Counted from the first letter of the stretch, positions 45,817-55,328 are shown. The stretch is 64,000 bases of DNA from a virus (IMGVR_UViG_2593339225_000003:32001-96000); one strand, 5' to 3'. Program-made: numbers and translations. The notes: generated by a model from the sequence alone, not told the origin.

Positions 45817-46642
45817 ATGTATAATAATTTTTTACTTGATGGCTGTATTTATAGCGAAAACGAAAAATACTCTTTGAATACTCCATTTAAGTGGAAGGAC
45901 GAAAGAATTAGCGTTGAGTTTGATTTAATTAGAGAGGGTAACAATGTTTCGTTAAAAGCGATAATCCCTGCGAATAAATACTCTGAATTTCAGTCTATGA
46001 AAGGCACTATTCGTTGTATTCAAAGGGTATCTGGGAAAGAATTTATTATCACATTTTTGCCGGAAGATATAATTCGCATTATCAGTGATGATTATGAGGT
46101 TGTCAATGTTGCATATCAAAGCAAATGTGAAAAATATCTTATGGATAGAGAAAAGAAATGGCTTGCAAAAGAGGAAGAAGAACGCAAGCAAAAAGAAGCA
46201 GAAGAAGCTGAGCGTATGAGTCATTTTTGGTATCGGTTATTCCATCGCAAAAGTGAGGTGAGATAATGAAAGCATCAATCGCTCTGATTGTCCTTGCACT
46301 TGTTTTAAGTGTGGCTGCAACTGTGTTGTGTTTATATGTTGGGATTGCAACAGACAGACCTTTCCAAATCGTTTTAGGCGGGTTAAACGCAACGCTTGTG
46401 CTGTTTAATACGGCAAATCTAATATCGGTTATACGGAGGAATAAATGACTGCAATCGCAGGAATCCCGAAAACGGAAACAATATGGGTGACATACACCTC
46501 TGAAAAAGGCGAGGTTTACCATATCACGGCGAAAACCAACAACAGAGATTATTACTACCTTTATAAAATAGTTGATGGCAAAGCACAGAAACTCGGACGA
46601 GCAAGAACACCTACGGAACTTGAAGAAAAATTTTTGAAATAA
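45817..46642 (+). other. Three small hypothetical genes (45817, 46266 membrane, 46445)
   Basis: Overlapping start/stop codons. Confidence 0.55.
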
Positions 46643-46817
46643 ATCTCACAAAACATATTGACAAAGTTGTTACCTTGTGTTACAATAGTGTTACAAGATA
46701 ACCCGACGGGTGGAAGGAGTGTTAATGCTTTTCAACTGACAACTGAATAATTCACATAGAGGCACTAAATCCAGCCTACGCGGGTTACATATTCTTACAC
46801 AAGGTAGGTGCGGATTT

Positions 46818-47198
46818 ATGTTAAAGATTAATGAAAAGATTCGCCCTCGATTTGGTGAAGTGTGGATGTGCCATCTCACAGACAAGGGCGGAAGCGTACA
46901 GAGTGGTTATAGACCTGTGTTCATTCTGTCTAACAATCAGAATAATACATATAGCTCCACGCTAAATGTTATTCCTATTACATCCAAGATGAATAAGAGG
47001 AAACTGCCAGTTCACGTTGAACTTTGGAATTACGCAATATTCGGATTAAAAACTCCAAGCACAATGATGGTCGAACAGACGACAACGGTTTCCATTGAAA
47101 GTCTTGAAAGAAAAATCGGAGCAATTAGCGACCACGCAATCTTGGCGAGCATCGGCAGGGCGATTATCGTTCAGTTCCCGATTTTCGCGGGTTGTTAA
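46818..47198 (+). CDS. mazF: MazF/PemK-family endoribonuclease-like protein
   Basis: FGEVW...GSVQSGYRPVFILSNNQNN...NVIPITS...MVEQ motif. Confidence 0.85.
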   Translation: MLKINEKIRPRFGEVWMCHLTDKGGSVQSGYRPVFILSNNQNNTYSSTLNVIPITSKMNKRKLPVHVELWNYAIFGLKTPSTMMVEQTTTVSIESLERKIGAISDHAILASIGRAIIVQFPIFAGC

Positions 47199-47277
47199 AA
47201 ACAATAGCAAAAAAGATTGACATTTATAATCGGCTTTGCTATAATGTATGTGTAATAATCTGTTTGAGGTGTGAATT

Positions 47278-48273
47278 ATGGGTAAAGTGTCAACAGAAAA
47301 GTTATTAGACCGTTTCTTTGGAAGCCCCGAAGGTGCGAAATACGCAAGTAAACGAAAACTAATTAGAGAAGAACAATTATATGAGTATGAAATGGAAATC
47401 GGCAAAGAAATTGTCGATATGGATGCTGATGAGATAATTGGCTTCTTGTCTAATATGAAAACACGCAGGAACAGCGCGGAAACGAACACAGTAATGAACA
47501 ATTACTCGTTAGACCAAGTGTTAGTCATATACCGCAAAGTTTTTGATTACTACATTGAAGAATTTGAAGTTATAAAAAATCCATTCCGCAATCCCAAACT
47601 GCGCGGCACAGAGTTGTATAATCGGCTCTATGAAAACAAGGAACGCTTTTCTTGGGAAATGGTTGAGGATATTATATGCAAACTTCACTCAGGCGACAAT
47701 CAAGCCCGCGCGGATTATATCGAATTGATTATGTTGCTCTACTATAACGGATTTGAGAACGCAACTGAAATCGTGGAAATGCAGGAACAAGATGTAAACC
47801 ACAAGATGAAGGCTGTTCTCCTGCCGGGCAAGACAATTCATTTGTCGGACAGATGTTATAATTTGCTTACAAAGTTTAATTCAATGACCGAATTAGAGGG
47901 TTGGCGGAACTTTGTGTTGGCAAGCTGGCACGGAAGTTATTTCAAGTTCATTGTTAGAGCAAGCAAGGCGGATGAGATTGATGAACGACCGCTGAAGGTT
48001 ATGCGTGAGAATATCAATGTTTATCTATGCAAGTATGTAAACAATGAGTATAACACGCATATCAATTATAGCAACCTTTATTTGCTTGGATTCTATGATT
48101 ATTTGGTCGGCAAATTTGGCGAGGGCAGAGTTAATGAAATGCTCTTGTCTAATTATGATAGCGAAGCCGTTCAGCAGTTGCAGCAAGCCGCGCGTGAGTA
48201 TGGTTTCAAATATGAAAACGTATCTCATTTGAAAAGGCGGCTGAGAATGTTTGTTAAACCAGAAGAAGAATAA
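47278..48273 (+). CDS. Tyrosine-recombinase-fold protein lacking catalytic motifs (YopR/MrpR-like repressor candidate)
   Basis: SAM-like N-domain ending KNPF, LLYYNGFENATEI where L..TG.R..E is expected, no HxxR; own promoter at 47217-47245. Confidence 0.55.
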   Translation: MGKVSTEKLLDRFFGSPEGAKYASKRKLIREEQLYEYEMEIGKEIVDMDADEIIGFLSNMKTRRNSAETNTVMNNYSLDQVLVIYRKVFDYYIEEFEVIKNPFRNPKLRGTELYNRLYENKERFSWEMVEDIICKLHSGDNQARADYIELIMLLYYNGFENATEIVEMQEQDVNHKMKAVLLPGKTIHLSDRCYNLLTKFNSMTELEGWRNFVLASWHGSYFKFIVRASKADEIDERPLKVMRENINVYLCKYVNNEYNTHINYSNLYLLGFYDYLVGKFGEGRVNEMLLSNYDSEAVQQLQQAAREYGFKYENVSHLKRRLRMFVKPEEE

Positions 48274-48343
48274 AAGTTGGGCTGTCGAAAGGCAGCCTAA
48301 CACAAACAAATTAAAATAAATATCACAAAACATTTAATACGAG

Positions 48344-48985
48344 GTGCAGAAGTTGGGATATTATGTATTGACAAATGGAGAAGGAAGTTACATCACGCTT
48401 GATAAGAGCGGGAATAAGTATATACCAATAAGAAGCTCAAACGCGGCACATAAGTTTCCTGACTTGAAACGCGCAATGAATGTTCTCAATAACTCAATTA
48501 CAACGTCAATCCGCAGCCATTATATGCCCGAGTACCACAAGACAGAGGAAATCGTTGAAAAGATTGAAACGGAGCGGCAAAGCGAAATTTGCTTTCGTGA
48601 AATTGAAAACAACGAAATCGCGGATTGGCAAAAGCGGATTATGCAGTTGCTTGACCTGTTCGGCGGGACGGATAATCGCACAAGTGAACTCTCCGAAAAA
48701 CTGAGCGACGTGGACAAAAAGATTGTAGATGTTGAGCATTATATAGAGTTTGGTAAGTTCAATGCTTATCAAGGTTGGATATGTTTCAAGATGTTGCAGA
48801 ATCTCCTTCAGCAACGCCGGCAATACAAGAACGAAATGCAGGTTTTGCAAAAGATAAAGAGCTGCCCAATATCCAAAGAAGCAATCAAGGCACTTTCGGA
48901 CAGCGTGGCGGAGGCACAGAATAAAGTGTATAAGCCGCGCAAATTCACAGAGTTATTTTCGGGGTGGTCGGAACGAAGAAATTAA
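48344..48985 (+). CDS. Coiled-coil hypothetical protein
   Basis: DVEHYIEF..FNAYQG...RRQYKNE motif. Confidence 0.65.
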   Translation: MQKLGYYVLTNGEGSYITLDKSGNKYIPIRSSNAAHKFPDLKRAMNVLNNSITTSIRSHYMPEYHKTEEIVEKIETERQSEICFREIENNEIADWQKRIMQLLDLFGGTDNRTSELSEKLSDVDKKIVDVEHYIEFGKFNAYQGWICFKMLQNLLQQRRQYKNEMQVLQKIKSCPISKEAIKALSDSVAEAQNKVYKPRKFTELFSGWSERRN

Positions 48986-49109
48986 AACTATGGCTTTATT
49001 ATAACAAGCCGCGAATCCAAATATATCCACATATGTTGTACATAAGATGGCGGGATTACGAATGGATTATTCCGCGAAACAATAATTACTATCGTTAAGG
49101 AGAATTATA

Positions 49110-49391
49110 ATGTATGTACCAAAGCCTGTCGATACGGCAGATGTTACACTAAGTCCTGACATTGTTGAGTTGGGCGAGAAAATTACAGAGAGCGTCCACG
49201 ATGTATGGACGGAAGGTCGGGTTAAAGAGGGATGGACATATGGCGAAACGAGAAATGATGAACTAAAGCAACATCCTTGTCTTGTTCCATATGGAGATTT
49301 GTCCGATTCCGAAAAGGAATACGACCGCAATACCGCGATGGAAACACTCAAACTCATTATGAAGTTGGGCTACAAAATCGAAAAGGTATAA
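49110..49391 (+). CDS. Stand-alone RyR (ryanodine receptor repeat) domain protein
   Basis: YVPKPVD...HDVW...GWTYG..RND..KQHPCLVPY..L..SEKEYDR signature. Confidence 0.9.
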   Translation: MYVPKPVDTADVTLSPDIVELGEKITESVHDVWTEGRVKEGWTYGETRNDELKQHPCLVPYGDLSDSEKEYDRNTAMETLKLIMKLGYKIEKV

Positions 49392-49413
49392 TAATACATA
49401 AGGAGAACAGAGA

Positions 49414-49960
49414 ATGAAAAAAATTACTTGTTGTTGTAGATTTTCAGAATGACTTTATTGACGGTGCGCTCGGAACTTCCGAAGCTGTGGAAATCGTGCC
49501 AAACGTGGTAAACAAAATCAACGATTGGGATGGCGACATCGCTTTTACTGCCGACACTCACGGCGAAAATTACCTTGAAGCCAACGAGGGCAAGCATTTG
49601 CCGGTCGTACATTGCGTACAGAATACGGACGGTTGGGAACTTCGCGCGGAGGTTGCAAAGGCTGTCAAAGAAAAGATGGATGCAAAGGTATTTCAGGGCG
49701 TTTCATTCCTAAAAGATACTTTCGGTTCGCTTGACCTTATGAACTACATTAGCGCAATCGGTTATGAGTATGTTGAGTTTATCGGACTATGCACGGACAT
49801 TTGCGTTGCAAGTAACGCGATTATGGCGAAGGCTTTTCTGCTCGAAGCCCAGATTGTCGTTGACCCGTCTTGCTGCGCGGGCGTAACTCCCGAAACCCAC
49901 GATGCGGCACTTACCACAATGAAGATGCGTCAGATTGATATTTTGGAGGTAGCAAAATGA
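49414..49960 (+). pseudogene. pncA: Nicotinamidase (isochorismatase family), frameshifted
   Basis: Removing one A from the A7 after the ATG restores MKKLLVVVDFQNDFIDGALG; DTH, HC and GLCTDICV motifs downstream. Confidence 0.85.
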
Positions 49961-50540
49961 TTAGGATTAAGGGCGACGAAATCACTTTGTCGAGATTTCC
50001 CGACGGAACTCTGCGCCTGATACCAAATCTTCCCAATATTTCGTTAGAAGAATCATCATAAGCGTATGCTCTCATTGCTTGGAACTACGAGAGCGATGAG
50101 GAAATGGCGGCAATCCTATTCTTGACTAAGCACCTTAAAAATCTTGGATATAATGTCAGTTTGGATATGCCGTATATCCCAAATGCTCGGCAGGATAGAG
50201 TAAAAGGAGAAAATGACGTATTCACACTCAAATATTTCGCGGAGTTCATCAACTCTCTTGATTTCGATAGAGTATTTGTGTTAGACCCTCGTTCTAATGT
50301 TAGCGCGGCACTGATTGATAAAATCATCGTAGAATCTCCCGAATATTATTGTGATAAGGCAATACAGAAAATATATTATGAAATTGAGTTTAGTCCGCTG
50401 ATGGCTTTTTATCCCGATGAGGGCGCAACGAAACGATACTCCGAGAGCTACGGCTTGGAATGTGCATACGCCGCGAAAAATCGCGACTAGCAGACTGGCA
50501 AAATCCTCGGATTATCGGTTTCTCATATGCTGTTCTGAAT
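49957..50540 (+). pseudogene. prs: Ribose-phosphate pyrophosphokinase-like pseudogene
   Basis: RFPDG, MPYIPNARQDR and YPDEGA motifs; in-frame TAA at 50059, TAG at 50488 in KNRD*QTGKILGL; C-terminus missing. Confidence 0.8.
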
Positions 50541-50683
50541 AAGTATATCCGCACAGGAGTATGTGCAGACAGTATTATAAGAGAGCGAATTGTCGCTATG
50601 CACGAAAAGAATATATTTAAGCTGTTACCAATGCCGACATTTCCTTATAATGGGAAAATAACGGTTTATGTGGAGTAATTAAT

Positions 50684-51337
50684 ATGAAATTTCTTAACAG
50701 AATTTTAAAAAAAGAGGTATATAATATGAAATTTAATGTAATCAACAATTCGTCCAACGTCAATGTTGAGGTTAAAGATAATTTGGACGGTTCTGTTGCA
50801 ATTATCGTAGATGTTAAGCCAAATGGCAAACCGCTTTCAGAGTATAAGCCTGGTGAAACCGCAACTATTGGCGAACGTGAATACATCGTCCTCGGTCACG
50901 CAAACGAAACAACTGCGCTTGTTACAAAGGATATTGCGAAAACAATGGAGTTTGGTACTTCCGGCGACTATCGCAAGAGTTATGTGCGTGATTATTGCAA
51001 CGGCGAATTTTATAGGGGACTTGTAAAAGCTGTGGGAGCAGACAATATCATTCCCCATACGGTCAATCTTATGTGTGATGATGGTTCAAATAAGGGCATT
51101 GTATGTAAGGATAATGTATCAATTCTTACTATGGCTAATTATCGCCGCTATCGTGAGCAGCTTCCCGCGATTGGCAAGACGTTCTGGACAGCAACAGACG
51201 TAACTGTTCTCGATAAGGATTACGCTCGCAGCGTTTGCTGCGTCCGTTCCAGCGGTGTTCCGAGCTGGTGTGGCTGTGGCTGGACTTGCGGTGTGCGCCC
51301 GTTTTGTATCTTGAAATCTTCTGTCTTGGTATCTTGA
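50684..51337 (+). CDS. DGR target protein (C-type-lectin-fold-like C-terminus)
   Basis: Ends in the VR with a GVRP motif; probable start at 50726. Confidence 0.85.
   Translation: MKFLNRILKKEVYNMKFNVINNSSNVNVEVKDNLDGSVAIIVDVKPNGKPLSEYKPGETATIGEREYIVLGHANETTALVTKDIAKTMEFGTSGDYRKSYVRDYCNGEFYRGLVKAVGADNIIPHTVNLMCDDGSNKGIVCKDNVSILTMANYRRYREQLPAIGKTFWTATDVTVLDKDYARSVCCVRSSGVPSWCGCGWTCGVRPFCILKSSVLVS
51224..51303 (+). repeat. DGR variable repeat (VR)
   Basis: 80 bp; 10 mismatches to the TR, all at TR adenines. Confidence 0.95.
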
Positions 51338-51353
51338 CATCTTGAACTCTTAA

Positions 51354-51716
51354 ATGGACGAATCACAATTTGAGATAGGAAATAAGGCGGAAAAGTTGTA
51401 TTTTGCGGTGTTTGATGCTACAACCAACCGCCATCATTATCCTGTTAGATTTCGCAGGTTGTCGGACAAGTTGCAAGAATACGCTCTTGATATATATAGT
51501 AATTTAATTGATGCTAATTCATTCAAGGCGGATACTCTGCAACACCGAACAACAAAATATGATTTACAAACTAAAGCAATTACGACTTGTAACAAATTTT
51601 TAAGTTTAACAAGATATAGTTTGCACGCAAAACTAATAAGTTTTGCAATAAGCGAGGAATGGACACGATTAGCACACGATGTTAAATTTATGTCGCTCGC
51701 TTGGAGAAAAACATAA
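51354..51716 (+). CDS. avd: DGR accessory variability determinant (four-helix bundle)
   Basis: 120-aa helical protein between target and TR, ending LAWRK. Confidence 0.8.
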   Translation: MDESQFEIGNKAEKLYFAVFDATTNRHHYPVRFRRLSDKLQEYALDIYSNLIDANSFKADTLQHRTTKYDLQTKAITTCNKFLSLTRYSLHAKLISFAISEEWTRLAHDVKFMSLAWRKT

Positions 51717-51743
51717 ATTAATACATATAGGTTATGCGCTGTT

Positions 51744-51823
51744 GCTCGCAACGTTTGCTACGTCAATTCCAACGGTGTTCCGAACTGGAATGACTGTGGC
51801 TGGACTTACGGTGTGCGCCCGTT
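51744..51823 (+). repeat. DGR template repeat (TR)
   Basis: Non-coding AAC/AAT-rich copy of the VR, 520 bp downstream of it. Confidence 0.95.
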
Positions 51824-51940
51824 CTGGTGGATTAGTGAGGACTATAAATCGCAACAACAGCGATTACAAGGAGTACGCCACATCATCAAAAGAGCGCATA
51901 ACCTTTCTCACGGAGGTTGGGATAAATACAAAAGATTATT

Positions 51941-53362
51941 ATGGATGATTTTCAAACACTTACTGATTTTGGGAATCTCTATAATTCTTACCTTGTTTCG
52001 TTAAAAGGCAAAGGTAAGATAAAGAGTGCGGCGAGATTTAATATTATGGCACTCGAAAACCTTTATGTAATGAAGCAACGTCTTTTAAACCATACATATC
52101 GAATTTCGCCGTATTCAGAGTTTGTAGTTAAAGAACCAAAAGAAAGAATTATAAAATCTGGTTCATTTCGCGATAAGGTATTACAACATTGTTTATGCGA
52201 TTATGTGTTGATACCAAAACTTAATAATGAATTTATACTTGATAATTATGCCGGACAGATTGGCAAAGGTACTTTGTTTGGTTTGGATAGATTATCGAAG
52301 CATCTATTAGATTTCTATTCCGAACGCGGTTGTAATGGTTATATTTTAAAATGTGATATAACTAAATTCTTTTATTCAATTAACCATAATGTAATGAAGA
52401 AATTGATTAAAGAATTATTTACTGATGAGGATATTCAATGGATTTGTAATTCATTTATTGACAGTGTGGATGGTGATGGTCTACCTCTCGGAAATCAAAG
52501 TAGTCAAGTTTTCGCACTTATATATCTTAACGGTCTTGACCATTACATAACCAAGGAATTAGGTTGCAAGTATTATGGTCGATATATGGACGATTTTTAT
52601 TTACTTTCTGATGATAGAGAATATCTCAAAGAATGTTTGGCTAAAATTAAAAAATATTTGGCTAATCTCAAATTAACATTGAATAACAAAACCGAGATTG
52701 TTTCAATGAGTAAGGGAATACGATTTCTCGGATTTCATACATATCTTACCGAGGAGGGCAAGATTATCCGCAAACTTAACAGTGATAACAAAAGACATAT
52801 TAAAAAGCGTTTGAGAAAATATGCAAAGTTAGTTTTTGATGGCAGAATGGAGAGAAAACGCTTTAATGAGATATATCAATCGTGGCGAAATCACGCTTCT
52901 CACGGTAATTGTTTTAAACTGATTTATGAAATGGATTTATTTATGGATGAATTAATGAATGAGCAGAAAACAGAATTAAGAATAATTATTGCCGGAAGTA
53001 GAGATTTCAATGATTACGAATTTCTAAAGAAACAACTGTCTAAATTTATCAAAGACCACCAGAATAGGAGATTTACTATTGTTAGTGGTGCAGCCCGTGG
53101 AGCAGACCAACTCGGAGAGAAATACGCAAGAGAGAAATGTATTCAATTAAAGCGTTTTCCTGCGGACTGGAATAACCTTGGACGGAGTGCAGGATATATT
53201 CGCAATACTCAAATGCTGGATTATATCAAGCAAAATGATTGTGAGGGATATGTATTGGCATTTTGGGATGGTCAGAGCAAGGGAACACGGCATATGATTA
53301 AAACCGCCAAAAAAGCGGGAGTGACCGTTGAAATAAAATTTTTCAAAAAAAAATTAATGTAA
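51941..53362 (+). CDS. DGR reverse transcriptase fused to a C-terminal SLOG (DUF2493/YspA-like) domain
   Basis: RT motifs FRDKVLQH, KCDITKFF, GLPLGNQSSQ and YGRYMDDF; C-terminal IIIAGSRDF...VSGAARGADQLG...AGYIRN...AFWDGQSKGT. Confidence 0.9.
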   Translation: MDDFQTLTDFGNLYNSYLVSLKGKGKIKSAARFNIMALENLYVMKQRLLNHTYRISPYSEFVVKEPKERIIKSGSFRDKVLQHCLCDYVLIPKLNNEFILDNYAGQIGKGTLFGLDRLSKHLLDFYSERGCNGYILKCDITKFFYSINHNVMKKLIKELFTDEDIQWICNSFIDSVDGDGLPLGNQSSQVFALIYLNGLDHYITKELGCKYYGRYMDDFYLLSDDREYLKECLAKIKKYLANLKLTLNNKTEIVSMSKGIRFLGFHTYLTEEGKIIRKLNSDNKRHIKKRLRKYAKLVFDGRMERKRFNEIYQSWRNHASHGNCFKLIYEMDLFMDELMNEQKTELRIIIAGSRDFNDYEFLKKQLSKFIKDHQNRRFTIVSGAARGADQLGEKYAREKCIQLKRFPADWNNLGRSAGYIRNTQMLDYIKQNDCEGYVLAFWDGQSKGTRHMIKTAKKAGVTVEIKFFKKKLM

Positions 53363-53377
53363 ATAGCAAAAAACATA

Positions 53378-53406
53378 TTGACAAAATTTTAGAGTTGTGG
53401 TATAAT
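53378..53406 (+). promoter_or_regulatory. sigmaA promoter of the RNA island
   Basis: TTGACA-17-TATAAT with TG extension, flanked by the operator-like motif. Confidence 0.8.
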
Positions 53407-53576
53407 TCTAAATGTAGTCAAGAGAAGCCGATGTGGGTCGGCAATTCTTAAAATCTTTAATGTAAATAGCACAAAAAATATAAATCGAGTAGTGAGTATA
53501 GAGCCATATGAAGTGCGCCGCGACGTACAACCGTTAGCTGAATCCGTACAAATTCGCTATCGGGCGGCAGAGATTA

Positions 53577-53650
53577 GGAGCCTTGTGTAGTTTGGTTTAG
53601 CATCGCGCGATAGTTAGCGCGGAAAGCAGGTTCGATTCCTGCTGGTTCTG
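53577..53650 (+). ncRNA. tRNA-like element with non-canonical anticodon loop
   Basis: T-arm GCAGG-TTCGATT-CCTGC, stem CGCGC/GCGCG with an 8-nt loop, no CCA. Confidence 0.55.
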
Positions 53651-53795
53651 GCTGAAAAGAAAATCTCTTAAAAGCACAGATTATGAAAAAGTAGTGACAG
53701 GAAAATGAGAATAGAAGAAAACCGTTGATGATACTACGCGCGGGTTGAATCAACCTCTACTCCCATAGGTGAGAGTCCTATGGCTCGATTTTCAA

Positions 53796-53869
53796 TGGGC
53801 TATGGTGTAGCGGTAACACAGCGGACTTTGACTCTGCCATCTCTGGTTCAAATCCAGATAGCCCAGCCA
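53796..53869 (+). tRNA. tRNA-Gln(TTG)
   Basis: GCGGA-CT TTG AC-TCTGC, CCA end. Confidence 0.9.
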
Positions 53870-54220
53870 GAGGTCGAACTGCCTTTAGCCAAAAGAGTTT
53901 GTTTTCATACTTTTGTTTATCGGAAGTAAGGTTTGCGCGTTTTACTTAATAAGAGCGTGGAGTACGGTTTCAATTTAAGCCGAGGGAAGTTTATTCATTC
54001 TGACCTATGGAAAGCGAATGGGTAAGGCAGGATTCGTGCCTTGTATATCGGAGATTACAAGTAATCATATTCCGGGTTGGCTGCGAGATATTGATTACAC
54101 AGATTAGGATGACAACCTACTTTCAACCGCAAAAGATAACAATAGTCAATAAATTTAATGGCTCGCGGCTCGCAAAGAGCGACCACATATTATGACTTTG
54201 GCGGAAGTCGCGGGTTATAT

Positions 54221-54316
54221 GGCGCGGTAATCCTAATTGGTAAGGAGTTGTCCTGCTAAGACAATAGTAGCCGGGTTTATCTCGGTGTGTGAGTTCAAGT
54301 CTCACCCGCGCCGCCA
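54221..54316 (+). tRNA. tRNA-Ser(GCT)
   Basis: TTGTC-CT GCT AA-GACAA, long variable arm, CCA end. Confidence 0.9.
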
Positions 54317-54484
54317 ATGGTTCTCGTTGACCCAGAATAACGAGCGATGCCCAATGAGAAGCGGGCGTGAAGTCTGTCAGTCAGACAATGCTGAGATAGC
54401 GGCTGCGTGTTAAAATGCTTGGATTTTGCGGTTTTTCGCAGAGGATTTCGCGTGAAGAAATGGAGTAAGAAAAACCGTATATAT

Positions 54485-54884
54485 GGGGCTGAAATAGATT
54501 CGACAGGGCGCAGAAAACATATAACTTCGCAGGAATGTAACATCCTTAAAGTACATCTTAAAAATAAACGACACTACTGTTGTTACGCTTCATCCCGCGC
54601 TTTTAGCAGTTCTCGGTCAGAGAGCCGTAGCGTGAGATTCCGATAAGCACCTGCTATTCGGTCTAACTTATCGGACGGAAATAGAATAGCAAACAACGGT
54701 TTCTTGCCTCCGTAAAAGGTAAGTGTTGGAGTGGGTGTAATTCCTTACATCTCCATTCGTTTCCCGCGAATTAAAACAATGTTGTGGTTTGCAGATTGCC
54801 ACGGAGCAAAATCGGCTATTGCGTGAAAAGAGTTAGTGTGGGTATGTGTTTTGGACACGGGTTCGATTCCCGTCAGTTCCACCA
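54485..54884 (+). ncRNA. ssrA: tmRNA
   Basis: 5' GGGGCTGAAATAGATTCGAC, 3' GACACGGGTTCGATTCCCGTCAGTTCCACCA, G3-U pair, internal tag ORF 54570-54635. Confidence 0.92.
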
Positions 54885-54890
54885 GTTATA

Positions 54891-55328
54891 GGGTTAGGCA
54901 ATTTGTTAGTGTGCTTTCCTAATTTGGCATATTACTGTAATGCCAAAGGGAAATGAGGGTTTTGCCAATGCCGGATAGAAAGAGGTTGATTCCGGCTATG
55001 TTTCTAAAGGATGCGGTGCGGAATAGCAGGACTGATATAAGTGATGGAGAAGAAATTCAGAGAAGTTGCTATATGTCGAGGATAAGTAGTCCATCCTGTT
55101 CCTTTTGAAACGAGAATCGACTAAGGGCATCAGGGACTCCCCCGATTGCACGTATTTCGTGCATTACGAAGGCAATAAAGTTAGTAATAACGTGAGCAAC
55201 TATGGTGAGGGAAGGGAGTCGCTGGACAGTGGGAAAGTCCAGGTTTTGAAGAAAGATGAACCAAATCCACATCTATAAAAAGGATTGGTGGTAGTGGAAT
55301 CTTTGTATTCACCCGATGAACCTAACTC
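54891..55328 (+). ncRNA. Candidate large structured ncRNA
   Basis: No plus-strand ORF in the track; closing stem GGGTTAGG/CCTAACTC; several hairpins and crossing long-range pairings. Confidence 0.45.

Noticed and set aside
50488-50490. TAG stop-codon reassignment in this phage
   Set aside because: The same gene also has an in-frame TAA and is truncated; terL, clpP and the phosphoesterase gene end normally at TAG; no suppressor tRNA was seen
55222-55242. RNase P RNA, suggested by GGGAAAGTCC
   Set aside because: The motif sits in a local hairpin near the 3' end of the region, and I found no complementary P4 3' strand
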